A stretch of DNA of 50,134 nucleotides, the filler included, from Catajapyx aquilonaris (lineage: Eukaryota), in NCBI GenBank assembly GCA_000934665.2. It is 3 parts of 3 records of this genome, joined end to end, with 100 filler letters (N's around TTAATTAATTAA, not from the genome) between each part and the next. Parts side by side here need not be neighbours in the genome. Positions count along the whole stretch, not along the records: positions 1 to 16,641 come from JYFJ02007142.1; 2 more parts are not named here. One strand, given 5' to 3'. The position numbers and the translations under genes are program-made. Under the pieces are notes generated by a model that was not told the DNA's origin, did not search any database, and saw only the letters and a program-made list of their open reading frames with translations. Shown here in pieces: positions 1 to 12,089 of the stretch. Numbering within the stretch: position 1 is the first letter of the stretch; every line of letters begins with the position of its first letter.

Positions 1-329
1 CCCCGCTCCTTCCACCCTCGCTCATCTGCTGTCCGACTCTGCGGACCCCACTGTTATGTTGGCTCTCTTTTCTTTTTTGAAAAGAACCAACATGTATAAA
101 GATCTATAACCGTTGCATTTTTAAAATATACTCGTAACGTTTTGTTTAACTTGTTACACTCTATTGAAATTTTATAATCGCTACTGTAATAAATGCTCAA
201 GTAATAAGATAATTAATTAATTAATTAATTATCTCATTTTTTTAAAAAAAATAAAAAAATAAAAAAACACATTTTGTTCAGTTAACGTTGGGGGTGGGGT
301 GGCCTTGCCTGCCCTCCCCTACAACGTCA

Positions 330-395
330 CAGGTGCTTGGCGCAGTATAGCCATTGCTGCTGTTGCGCCATTAAACCATTAATCAATCAATCAAC
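330..395 (+). repeat. Probable SINE/LINE 3' end with (CAAT)n tail; related piece at ~12020-12097
   Basis: Both loci share GCTGCTGTTGCGCCA.TAA followed by CAATCAATCAA. Confidence 0.4.
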
Positions 396-619
396 CAAAT
401 GTCAAATGCCCCTTTCCAAAAATGCAGGATTACACACAAAAAATATTCCAGCATGCCTTGTCACATAAATTGTGTAGACAGAATACATGTGTATTAACCA
501 ATTATTAACTTATAAGTCATGTCAAAAGCTAGTGTACAGTGAACATGACAAAATAAAGAGCTTCACAAAATCAGTAATATCTGCGCATGGAGTAGGAGTT
601 TGGACGCATAGACAAAAAA

Positions 620-1075
620 AGTTAATACAGTTGAAAAAAAAGGAGAGCTAGTTCAAGGATGTCATGAAATAGGGTATGCATCTTATCTGGAGGCCAGTTG
701 AAAAGGTGTTTGCCTCTTGCAGTTTTGAAAAATGGGCATAAATATAAAATATGGTGGAGAGTAAGGCGATCGGGGGGATAACCATCATAGTCTTCTTTAG
801 GGTCCATTGGGAATTTATATCCTTGCACCAATAAATAAAGTGATTCATTTCGCAAATTAGCCAATAGTCTAGTACCGTAATATGAATCGGCAGGTTATAC
901 ATGAAATAAGTTTCTCGTTGGGGTGAATTTATCAGCTCAGCGTAGTTGCTGTACCTAGTGGACTTAGCCAGATCACACCCAATCAAGACACCGCCGCTTC
1001 TGTGCAAGATGTTTATTAGCCAAAGGACACTAATACGTACCACAACAGGTTCCTCGGTAGGAGAAACGCTCATCA
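620..1075 (-). pseudogene. pPolB ExoI-region fragment
   Basis: The overlapping ORFs 648-1073 and 622-864 join by frameshift: LINSPQRETYFMYNL...LYLLVQGYKF (cf. PIGSHPRTERLFVTYDV...FMLVMKF). Confidence 0.45.
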
Positions 1076-1130
1076 GCGTCCTCCTGCTCTGGTCGTCGCT
1101 TTTCGCCCACTGGCCTACCCGCCCCCTGGC

Positions 1131-2034
1131 ACCTGGTCATGGGATTTCTGGTCAATAATAATCGCCTTCCCACTGCAACGATATGAATAATTATGATGAC
1201 ATCTCACTGCGCCTACGACAAGGGGCAATGCACGCGACATCTTTCTGTATAGTACTATCTATAAATTGCGTCAAGAGACCGTTCGCTACCAAAACTGAAG
1301 GGTCAGCTATCCAGCGATCCCATGAGGTCCTAATCCCCGCAAGAAGCTGCTATTTCGAGTGTGTATAAGACCAATATCCAGCTTCAAATGTCGGATATAA
1401 TTATTATGGTAATGTCCTTTCCAGAAACATAGTTCTCCGACATAATGTCGTTGAATTATGAAACCACCTTTAATTAACAAGCTTAGTGTTCACACAGACT
1501 CTTGTATGACGATGAATACACATATACTTCTTGACTTGAGCGTGTAAACTAATATCTCTAATATTTTAAAATTCTCAGTTTATCAGGAACTTGATTAAAA
1601 GTATTTTTTTTTTAACAAGCTTCTGGATACTGCCCGTACGTCCATAAAAATAGGGGAGAAAATTATCATCCTGCGGTATGGATATCGCCAAAGTAAGATG
1701 CATTCGTTCATCGCGAGCCTGCTTACCAAGCAATAATTCATATAGGATCCAAATAACTTCGTTTCATACGAGACCAATATTTCTTTATCAACAATCCGTC
1801 ATTGTGGATATTATCATGACGTTCTGTTCTTGTCGCATTATTTGTTGTTATAGGTCAAGTTGGGTCCAGATGGTTTGGGGAGGTTGTCCTTCGCTTTTCC
1901 CGATCGAGGATGAATCAGACTGGTCACGTCCTAGGTATGCCCCTTGTCGTAGGCGCAGTGAGATGTCATCAGAATTATTCATATCGTTGCAGTGGGAAGG
2001 CGATTATTATTGACCAGAAATCCCATAACCAGGT
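1131..2034. repeat. Near-perfect 97-bp inverted repeat (1131-1227 and 1938-2034)
   Basis: Direct reverse-complement match with about 2 mismatches. Confidence 0.9.
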
Positions 2035-2900
2035 TGCAAGCCAGATGTAGACCTTTTCTTTGGTGTTTTAACGGTACATATTTTGCTTGATTATGTGCAC
2101 ATATTTTTGTCTTAAAATGTTTTCATGTGTTGTGGTTAATACTTTTGGAAATATGGTGGTCACGTGGAAATAAAAATAAAAATCTGTTTGGAACAAATTT
2201 TTAAACAAATTGGAAATGGTATTCCTTGGTACCTGGGCCAAAGGTAATAATAATGACCCTTTTAAAATATTCGTCTTGAAAATGTTTGGGAATGTATGGC
2301 CCTCTACACCGCAGGGTGGGGCAGTAGTCACAATTCCAGTTTAAGACAGTGATATGAGGACATGTGGATGGTTGATCCAAGAAGTAGCACTTTTGAATTT
2401 GATAGAAGGACCTCGTAGCAATAGGAAATCAACTTGGGAAGTGGTTCTTTGCAACACTTCTGTTGCACATGCAGTACTTGTCATATATTTCTGCACAATA
2501 TTTTGTTATATTTCCTTGAGGAATGTAGACTTGTACCAAAGATTTAAATTTCTTGAATATTTCTGATCTTTTTTGGTCAATTAATATTATTAATTTATTG
2601 GGCAACATTGTGTTTTGTTTAAGGCGCAATTTTTGGTGTCTCATATATTAGTATAGGCGCTGATTGCGAATATGAAGTCAGAATTTTAATATCGGAATCC
2701 ATTCTCTTGTAAGAAGCGTACCTTGTTTTCTAGGATTACTGCACATATTTCAATGTCACCATATGCATATAACTTTGAAAACATGCCTGTTTCCATATGA
2801 TGATTTGGATGATTTTGGCATCATAAGTAATCCATTAACTAAGCCGTATTACTCATTACTTACATATTTACTTCAAAGTGTATGACTCTCTCAGTCAGCG
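1850..2900 (-). pseudogene. pPolB palm/fingers fragment with motifs B and C
   Basis: VRFLQENGFR (cf. LVTLHNRGWR). ORF 2429-2644 and its read-through give IFKKFKSLVQVYI..NITKYCAE...NRSVAKNHFPS*FPIATR...KCYFLDQ (cf. VFPEWRCVAREYV..NIAAKERAD...LRSIAKLLSNALYGSFATK...KIVFSDQ). Then HHISKSINHNT*KHF (cf. SHLASFVLAWTRAF) and LQPGYGISG at the motif C position. Confidence 0.7.
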
Positions 2901-3379
2901 GAGGACTTGGGTAGTTGGTTTGGATTAGTGTTGGTGTCACAGTTCACGTTCAGCTGAAATTTCTCTCTCAGCTGTTGTTGAATCTGACCGTCGCAATGGG
3001 GCATTGGTCGGAATTACTGTTGGACTGTAGGACAATGCTCTTGTCTTGGTGCCGAAGAAACATCATGATAATGGGACATCGACCAAACCTGCTTCCGAGG
3101 CAATGAACCCTCTAAAACTCAAGTTTTTCAGGTTCATTTTGAATCTTGTCATCACCTTTCGGGCTTGGTCTTCTGAATCTTCCCACGTCTCATCCTTCGA
3201 GTCTTGTATACCATATAGCACACCGTCAAATCCGAACACACTTTTACAAGCGGGAGAGCACACAAACACGTACACTTCCGACCACTGTCTGACAATGAGT
3301 GGGGCCACAGTCTTTCCGATCCGATCCACGTAACGATGAGATGCAATCAAGAGGTTCGGTGGATTCGGAATCAGCGATT

Positions 3380-4700
3380 CACACAAACTTTTTTCTAACT
3401 CATTATCAATTAAATAAGGCAAGCACATTAATTTATAGATATCTAGAGTGGTTTAGTTGGAATACTCGGAGAATTTCCATGTCGTTGTTGGACTCCGTTA
3501 GTAACTTACCCTTGTCCTGTCCTGTCCTGTCCTGTTTCGCTGCCTGCCATGTAAAATAGAAAGTGGTGCTACATGTCCATTTGAGGTTCTCTTCACTGTT
3601 GGTTCCATATTTGTATCAATTAAAAAGACGAGCCACTGGGTACACTTGTGATTATTAATTGCAAAATTCAATGAAACGGCTCATAAATTGATTCCATATT
3701 ATGCATTAATAATACCTCTATGTTCACATTCAATGATAAAAATGTTAATATCAAAATAGCAAAACTACGTATATTTTGACAGTTGCATGTATACTCGAAT
3801 GCATTAGTGAACGCAACCATTGACATCACGCAAGAGTTCGCATGTAACCAGTAGCAGCAAGGAAGGTCCTACGTATTAGTGACCAACATTACCTGAGAGC
3901 CAGATGCAGACTGTTCTGTATTTTGGTATTTTGTCTGTAAATATTGGCAGAAAATACGTCCCTCGTCATATCTGAGCTTATTGTTTTCAATGCTTGCATC
4001 AGATGTTTTGTCGTAGTTCAATCAGTTTGTGACAGTTTGGTTCACTCTCCGCTCCCATTTTTGTTTTGGTAGTTATATTAGCTGCGACAGCAAACATGTT
4101 ATTTATTATTCATGAGTATTGTGAGCTTATTGCACTTATTAGCACTGGGATATGTCGGTGTAAGGAGTGATAATATTGTATAGTGGAACCAGCTTCTATC
4201 GGTCTACCAAGAGTCAGCATGCACACAACGAATGTGAAGAAGGTCTTCTTTGATTTCATTTTAAATAATTTACCTTGCACCATTTACGCCCATGTAGAGA
4301 AGGTAACCATCGCCTGCATTTGCAATAAGGTATGGAGGTAAGGGATGCAACATAATGTGGATGACACCTGACAGTTCTGCAACATCTTGCCAGTTCTTGC
4401 GGAGTTTCACCTTACTCGTCCTATGCAGGATTCGGATGTCGCCCTTGAGTACATGAGCATAATTGTTATGATATTACTTAAGTATAATGTAGCATGTGCA
4501 CTTGAAATAGTTTTCAGAATCGTGGGAATGTGTCATATATACTGTCTGATCATGTTGGATGGAAATTACCGTACTTGTATCTCCGTCCGTCCGTCGTCGT
4601 TTCCTCCGTGAATTGAACTCAAATAAATGTTGGGTCCACTAGCAGGATGGGTTTCCGAGAGGGATTGTTGCAGTTTTGCACAAATAATTCATATCATTAC
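3380..4700 (-). pseudogene. pPolB fragments (exo/palm junction joined to the C-terminus)
   Basis: FSANIYRQNTKIQNSLHLALR at ~3893-3956 (cf. FNVFQRPTISSNSHAIFR), HNMESIY at the motif A position, then the C-terminal LMCLPY shared with 13100-13150. Confidence 0.6.
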
Positions 4701-6600
4701 ATAGGCTGCGACTAATCTTGTGAATCACTTGTGAATTACAATGAAAATATTTAAATATGACGTAATATCCCAGTTTCAGCTTCCTCCGCAGCAGTTTGGT
4801 GGAACTGCATCCGTCGGAGCATACTGTAGTATCTCGTGGCCATTTTTATGGGCCGTTGTCGGATTGTCTGATATTGGGCATGATCCTGAGGCCATCCACC
4901 AATGGAATCTCTGCCTTCCCGAGTTGGTTGGGTTACTTCAGTGTTTGTCTCAAAAGTTCTAATTTGTGTCTCCATTACACTGTCCTCTACGTCCTGAGGT
5001 AATGAGCCTATATCCTGACAACATAATTGTATGTGCAGAACACAACAAGCAGTGACAGCACAACTTGCAAACGTGCTTCGGGTATATTTTATAAGTGTTT
5101 CTAGGATGTATGTAGCTTGATGTCCCAGGTGCACATCTGTTTGAATTTTGATCACAGATCTTGGGGGTTCCAAACAACAACCCAGGTACACTTTTTGAAT
5201 GAAAGTCTTCATGGAGGATTTTGAGTTGACCTCTCCTCCTCTACAGTTGACTCCAATGTGACAAGTCTGCGTCGTAGGTCTTTTATGCTAAACATTGATT
5301 GTAATTGCACGAATGAAATACGATCAGTGGAAGTGATTCAATTTTTGCAGCTGAGTAATCATCAAGTATATATAAAACCCCAATCCGAGGATATAGGAGG
5401 AGGAGGAGGATGGAAAAGATTTCGCACTTCCCGAGGTCGTAGAGCTCTGGTCGAAATTCCGTTGGATTTCTTGCCCCCGGTTTAGCAATGCCAAAAATCC
5501 TCACTGCATTTTAAATTTGTTACAAAAATTGACGAAAGCGTTTAGAACAACTCACTTAGCATGTATGTGAAGGAGTTCAGAGGATGTGGAGTGCTCAACA
5601 ATGGTGTGATTTTCCCTGCTCCTTATGTCATGAGGCATAAAATGAGGAGTCATTACCACGGCATTGCATGGATACAGTCACTTAAACTAGTGGACATTGA
5701 TAGGTGTGTGTCGTCTGATCCAATACAGACAAATTGTTGACACGTTGGCCATTGGTCGTCTTATGGAATCATGTACTGTACACCTGATCCCTAACATTCA
5801 CGGTAAATATGAAATGTATTTATTACTACACAGATGTTTATGAAAAGAGTTACCAAATCAGGGAGTACATTTCATACCATGATTTCGTCGTAGCCCATGC
5901 TCTGTGGGTACTTTGCGTCCAGTTGTGAACATGTGAGATATATCTCTTATCCTATCTTACGTCAGCACAGTTTATTGAATTTATCGCACTCTGGTTGACT
6001 AGGATGATTTTCACCCAAGTTAGAGCACTACCAATTTTCCATGAATTCCAATTTTGTGCCTTCCATCACGAGACACTATTAGAGATGGTTTTTTCAACAT
6101 TGCTCTAGTGTAGTTTTAAGAAGAATATCTTGAAATTAATCAATTTTGGAAGGCAATTGGCTAATGTGACGCACAGTCAAAAAGCCATAAGACAAGTTAA
6201 TGTAATTGAATCAATTTTATATTCCGCATAAAGTACATAATGACAGTGTTGTCCCGAATTGCCCTGGGTTGATAATATTATGTTTGGTAATAACAATCAC
6301 TTAGGTGAAACACTGCAGTATCGTGCAGCGATAAAGATGACGCACGAGGTGATGGAAGCTTGGATTTGGGCCATACGTAGTAGTCGAGAAAGTTGTTTCA
6401 TTTGGTTGCAAAGTCGCTGGGATTATTTGTCTGTAAAGTAAACGCAGCGATTGCTTTATTGCATAATTATACTCGCTGGTTCACAACCGGCCAATTTGCT
6501 TTGTGGGACATCAATCTATATTTTTTTAAAGTGAAGATGTGTCGGACGCTTTGGCAAAAACCATGACTAACATTTCAGCGATGATTAAAAAGTGGAAACT
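4700..6600 (-). pseudogene. pPolB exonuclease-domain fragments
   Basis: MGYDEIMV at ~5876-5899 (cf. ExoII NGFDEIVL), PTEFRPELYDLGK (cf. YQAVNQFYMLGS), and WDI...LETLIKY (cf. WDIIKETLDY; ORF 4751-5212). Confidence 0.6.
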
Positions 6601-6999
6601 TTGGTAGTGATATAATTGGGGGAAACTTGAAAAATAGTGGCACCATCTGACCTCGTCAACTACACTTTTTTTAACTAATTGCACTCATGTTTCAAAAAAA
6701 ATGTTTATTTCGCATATTAATAATGCTCATTGTTACAGACAGACTGGTGAGAATGTACCCATGGCCCTTTTCATATTAATTTCAAGCATTTGCACAATCT
6801 CACCCCACTCGACGGAGTGAAATTGTGGCACGGAAAAGAATTTATATTTCCCCTCCCTTAGCATATATATAAAAATTACTTCCACATATTATGTGAAAGA
6901 TGTGCAGCAATGTTGCGTATAAATTTCTATCAATTACTGGTTTGCTCGCGTAAGAAAAAACCTCAAAAAGTGGCACAGACTCACCCCTTTTTACGGTAT

Positions 7000-7760
7000 A
7001 TCTAATATACTATATGTATGTTGTTGGTGGTGTCTTGTTAATGTCCCAGCGACAATAATAATCTGAAAGTGTATATTGGTGGGAGGACATAAAAGGATTT
7101 GAAAATGTGCCTATCCGGCAGAATTGCCTTTTTTGTTCGCCTTTTACTTGACCACATTGAGGGAATAATATACGTTGTGAAACTCTTGTATGTATTTTAT
7201 TATAGTATTGCCACGGTGTACAGTGTTCGGTCAAGGCTTGGATGCCAAACATTTATTTTGAACAAGAATTGCAGGATTAAAATATGGCAAGCATAAGTGC
7301 TGACTTGTGAGTAACCTGTCATATTTGACTGTTACCTGAGAGTGAAATTTTAAATCAAAACCATGCCACTGCCGGTGTGGAAAGTGTGATTTGGGATGTC
7401 CAATATTGGTGATAAGGGATAAAAGAAGTCTTTTATTGAAAGGTAAGAATAACATTACTAATCATCTTGACCCAGGGTAATACACTCTGCAGCCACTCCC
7501 TTTACACCAGCACAGTGCATGCCAAATTGCAACTCAATAATTGCCAGGATGACATTCGCAGTTATTTCCCTTTGCATTTGCAGGAAAACCTCGTGGTTTC
7601 ACTAGTTTGGTTGGGAATACCTTAATTATTATGTTTGGATTTAAAATTACAGGTAATCACCGCATGGGAGTGAGGGTACATCAGGTAGTGTTGTGCTTGG
7701 GCGAGGTGGAGGACCAGTTTAACGTCTGCTCAGCCCCTTTCTCTTGCTCATAATCTTGAC
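7000..7760 (-). pseudogene. IVa2-like fragment, third copy
   Basis: DFFYPLSPILDIP (cf. VFFIAPQVDMIP) and KSFYVLPP. 7070-7170 is a DNA paralogue of 12195-12305. Confidence 0.45.
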
Positions 7761-9720
7761 TCAGTCCCGGTTAGTGGTATCAAGTTGACTATCTCCCGAC
7801 TCCTTTTGTCCGGCGCAATAGTTATTGTAAGGTAAATAATTATTGTACGAAGATATAGACAAAATGGTTTGGTTCCCAGGCCCAATTATACTACTGTACA
7901 TGTATTATTATTCAGCATATTTACATACTCGTACATTTCCCAAGAATGGAATGTGGCGTTTTGTTGCACAATCTGACAAATGGTGTGGTGAAGTTAAGCC
8001 ACTGAAAGTCACTCAAAGCACGACGAGTCACTGGGTGCACTTGTGATTATTCATTGCGCACTCACAATGAAGCGATTCTCATAAATTGCTTCCAGATTAT
8101 GCAAGAATACTTCACATTCAATGATAAAAATGTAAATCCCAAAATATCAAATGTACATTTTGAGAGTTGCACATGCGTGACTAAATTACTGAACGCAACC
8201 GTATGTATAGCCAGTAGCAGGGAAGGTATTAGTTATCATCATATTAACTGAGAGCCAGATGTAGACATGTATTTTGAAATTTTGTCTATAAATATTGGCA
8301 GAAATACTTCCCTCGGACCTAAAAATGAACCTGCAGATGTGTTGTGTGTTTGTGACAGTTTGGTTCTCATTTTTACTCGTACAGGACAGGTACTCTTTTC
8401 ATTGTCATGCTCTGCACTAAAGATCCATGCTTCATTTATGTCGCCAATTTGTGGTGTTTCATGTCCTTTATACATACTGTATGTTATAGAACATAATGGG
8501 TATATGCATATATTCATGTGTTTCCCTTACCCCCCAGACATTTGCGTCTTTCCACCATTATCTTGGTGTAGATTCTAATATGGATTTGTCGCCTCTGGGC
8601 CTCCTGGTTTTCAGCATTGGCTACAATCGTTCTCACTAAACCAGACTAAAAATAGTCAGTGATAAGCAGTGCCACCAAGGATTCGCCATTTCTGATGGAT
8701 TTCATATCCCGCCTACGTCACTTAAGGAAACCACGAATGGTTTGTATGCAGTAATGTTGGTTGATATTTTGACTAAGGATATGACGTCGACTTCCGCAGT
8801 TGCTACCAGATCTCTCTTTGTGATGCATGGGATCAACATGGGATGCTGCTTCCAGGAGTGAGTGAACAGGAATATATTTGCCTGAACTATGTAAACTGGT
8901 CCCGCCGGTGCCTGATTGTCCTGCCCTGCGTTAGTAAATTCTTTTGGCAATTTTTACGACACTTTTGGATAATAGTCCTCATTAGGTCTGAAAAACCGAC
9001 AAGTGATGTCTGCCTATTCATCCTTTCTCCTTTCTTCTTGGAATATTGATATTTTGTTGTTTTATGGCTGGATTGACAACGTATTATGTCGGCTAGTTGC
9101 GATGAAATATGTTGTCCGATTTGACCCGTTGCGTTGCAGAGAAGTGTTGCGCACATTCAGCTCGTCAATATATGCCAGATAACATCATCGTCCATCATTG
9201 CATCGGCTTCCCCTGTACATAAGTATCTTTCTTTCAAATATAAGTGCAGTTTGATTGCCTCAGTATAGTGGTGTAGTCTCTAGTTTGTAGTGATCGGTGA
9301 TGCATAGCATATGATAGATCTAGGTGAGGCGATGTCACGCCCTTCATTTTCAGATTTGTACAAAAAATGGCGCGCGTGTTTAGAAGCATTCACTAATAAT
9401 ATGCAGGAATATTTTCAAGCAGATCGATGCGAACTGCACCTCATAAGAGGCATTGGCGTTTGGCGTAGGTTTTATTGATTCGGAATCATCGGGTTGTGGC
9501 GACGTAGCCTCATAACGCCGACGCTGATTACGTCGCGTCGTAGGGCGTCCATGGGCTTCTGAATTATGACATCGCTGTCCAAGTAGAGCCCTCCGAAGAG
9601 TCAGGGAAATGAAGCCCTCAAGACGTCGCCCACGTTCATGATATCACATTTCGGTACATGAGGAATTGGTCGTGGTATCAGGAGCTTAAGTTGACTGCAC
9701 AAGTTCACCTTCCATGTCTA
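7760..9720 (-). pseudogene. pPolB fragments, further copy (exonuclease to palm motif A)
   Basis: PR*WWKD (cf. PIQEYWKD), SANIYRQ (cf. FNVFQR), FLHNLEAIY at the motif A position (~8080-8106) and HIPFLGN (cf. FMPRAGK). DNA homology to 3640-3960, 14490-14575 and 5500-5580. Confidence 0.55.
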
Positions 9721-10049
9721 TCTGCAGGATTTAAATGTAGAAAATTGTGTATTTTAATATGAAATGGAATTTAAACCAATTGAGTAGCTAATGCATTTCC
9801 TGAGTCCCGAGTGTTGCGTTTGAAAAATGACTGCTTATAGGGGTTTCTTAGGACCCGTTCAATGACTCGTTTATCGGGTCCTCGATTAACTCGACGAATG
9901 ACGATTCGGCAACTACATTGGGCGAAATCGAAGTTCGGCGAGCCCACTTTTCGGCGAGATGGAAATTAGACTTAAAAGAGAATGGAAACGGAGCGATGGG
10001 TCGGAGAGAAGTGTAACATACACATAATAAGAAAAAAATGACTGATTTT

Positions 10050-10690
10050 ATTAATGACCAAAGACAATCAATCTATTGCCATTACTTTATTTGGGTGCGA
10101 AATTTTAAATTCAGATCCGCAATGGCCTACTGTGTACTCCAAAGCAGTTAAGTAAGTGCCACAATTCGAGTGTTGACATGTTTAAGATTAGTGCCGATCG
10201 TACGTTGTGCCCATGCATGGAATATGCGCATGTGTCCGGTGGAAGTCTGTCCTCGCATCTCTTGCATTGTGTGAGATTAGAACCTGTGGTTGTTTATGAC
10301 GGAAGTGTGAGATTGGTGCCAACTTAACATGTCGAGGTGCACCGTATCTCGTTTTGGTAATTTTTTTAGCTAATGTATCAGTGTTGGTGTATGGCTGGAG
10401 AGTGCAGGGATCCATAATACTATTGAAAGTGATAGTTTGTTGCGATGGAAAGTGACTTGATTAAGGTGTGTCATGCAAAGACACGTCGAGGTTGCAAATA
10501 TAGTGCGTCGTGAAATGTCATATCGAAATCTCATTAACCAGTTGCCCATTTTGGGACCAACCAGTCCCCTGGTGCTCACATTGACCTAAGTTCGATGATT
10601 AAGACTGTTTTGAAATCTGAAATTCGTACGGGTTGGATACAAAAATCATGTTTGCTAGGTCCGGAATGACATGGATTATTATTATCCTAT
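10050..10690 (-). pseudogene. IVa2-like fragment, second copy
   Basis: 10480-10690 is a close DNA paralogue of 12500-12700, and 10060-10150 of 12085-12160 (IADLNLKFRTQ). It again lies just downstream of a pol C-terminal fragment. Confidence 0.55.
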
Positions 10691-10699
10691 TTAGTTTCA

Positions 10700-11960
10700 T
10701 AGGTGCCATGTAAAATAGAAAGTTATGCTTATCGTATGCTTACCACTGCTAGCAAGTGACACGCATTGGCTTTGCTTAGCCAGAACTATACACATGAAAC
10801 TTAACGTCGTCGTGTGTTTCTTCGCACTTATTCTCTTGTCTTCGGCTCTCAAGATGGTCAGAATATCCAGAATGAGAACCTTATATTAGAAATCAATTGT
10901 GACAGAGTCAACATAGAGCATGATATTTCACCCACGGAATCCAAATGTGATTGTGAAATATTCCATCATGTCTTCGTCTCACACCAGGCGCTAGATATTG
11001 CAGCTGTAATACTGGTTTATCTCGGTCACCTTACATATTCACTCCTTCCATGTTGATGTTGCCGAGGTGCTGGAGTACGTAAGATCTTTTTCGATGTCCT
11101 CTTCGTTTGCCGGGAGTTCCCGATTGCAGGGTATCATCTAATGGTGACTCATTTGTTGAGTCCATTTTAACTCATTTAGATTCAATCCATATGATTAGTG
11201 AAGGTTGTCCTTCGCTTTTCCCGATCGAGCATGAATCAGACTGGTCAGGTCCTGGGTCCTGCCCCGTGTCGAAGACCCAGTGAGATGTCATATTGTTGTT
11301 GGGAGGGCGAATTATTAGCCAGAATCCCCATAGCCGCGTTGCAGGTTGGGGTCACTTCTGGTACATCTTTCATTCGAAAATAATTTCAATCCTGTTTGGC
11401 TCAATTTGATCGGTCTTGTAGTTGTATGTGACTTTACACGTGTTAGTATAAACCGCCACTTTATCGTTTTTCGGTCAAAAGGTTTAAATGCTAATATAAT
11501 AATTTTGGGAATCGCTCCTTTTCCGTGGCCCAAGAAAGAAGAGGATCTGAGAAGGAAGTACCTCAACAGAAACTTGATAATAAGTTTTTGCGTTAGTTTC
11601 ATTTAATACAACTTGGCTGCTAATCCGCCTTTTTTTTTACAATAATGATAGCTCCCTTGTACAATTTTTTTCTTGTGTTTAAAAGCTCAGTTGTTTCGCG
11701 TCACTGTGTGGATGGTTGAATGTTTTGCATTTATATCGAACAATAGATAGGGCTACATGATGGGTTTTTCTTTGGTATTCAGTGAAGTTAGCACATATTT
11801 TGACTCAGGATATGACGGCGCCTGCCTGCCTGTAAATATTGGCAGAAAATACATTCCTCGTAAGACCTGAAGAGTACTAACAGTACCTGCAGATATTTTG
11901 TCGTGTTCCGTGCAATCAGTTCCAGCCGCCTTTTTATTCCGGCAGTTATATTAGCTACAC
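10700..11960 (-). pseudogene. pPolB fragments, second copy (palm motif C to C-terminus)
   Basis: DPNLQRGYGDSG at ~11317-11352 sits at the YGDTDS position, followed by IIWIE, YLAPG, LRAE and AKPMRVT. The DNA is homologous to 13270-13750 and 1870-2035. Confidence 0.65.
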
Positions 11961-12089
11961 CATTAAACTGTTACAAGTTGGCGTCACTTCTTTTTTTCTC
12001 CGCTTGATTTCGTGGAAGCCGGCGAACGATGAGGACGCACCTCGCCAGGGTCAATGGGCTGCTGTTGCGCCAATAATAGGCCCAGACAA

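Noticed and set aside
648..1073. Possible pTP N-terminus or 52K match (DLA, PIHITV, LINIL)
   Set aside because: These are short chance-level matches; the pol ExoI context fits better, though it is also uncertain.
8702..8950. AGQDNQ resembling Mononegavirales L-protein GDNQ
   Set aside because: No supporting RdRp motifs, and the surrounding sequence fits a DNA polymerase.
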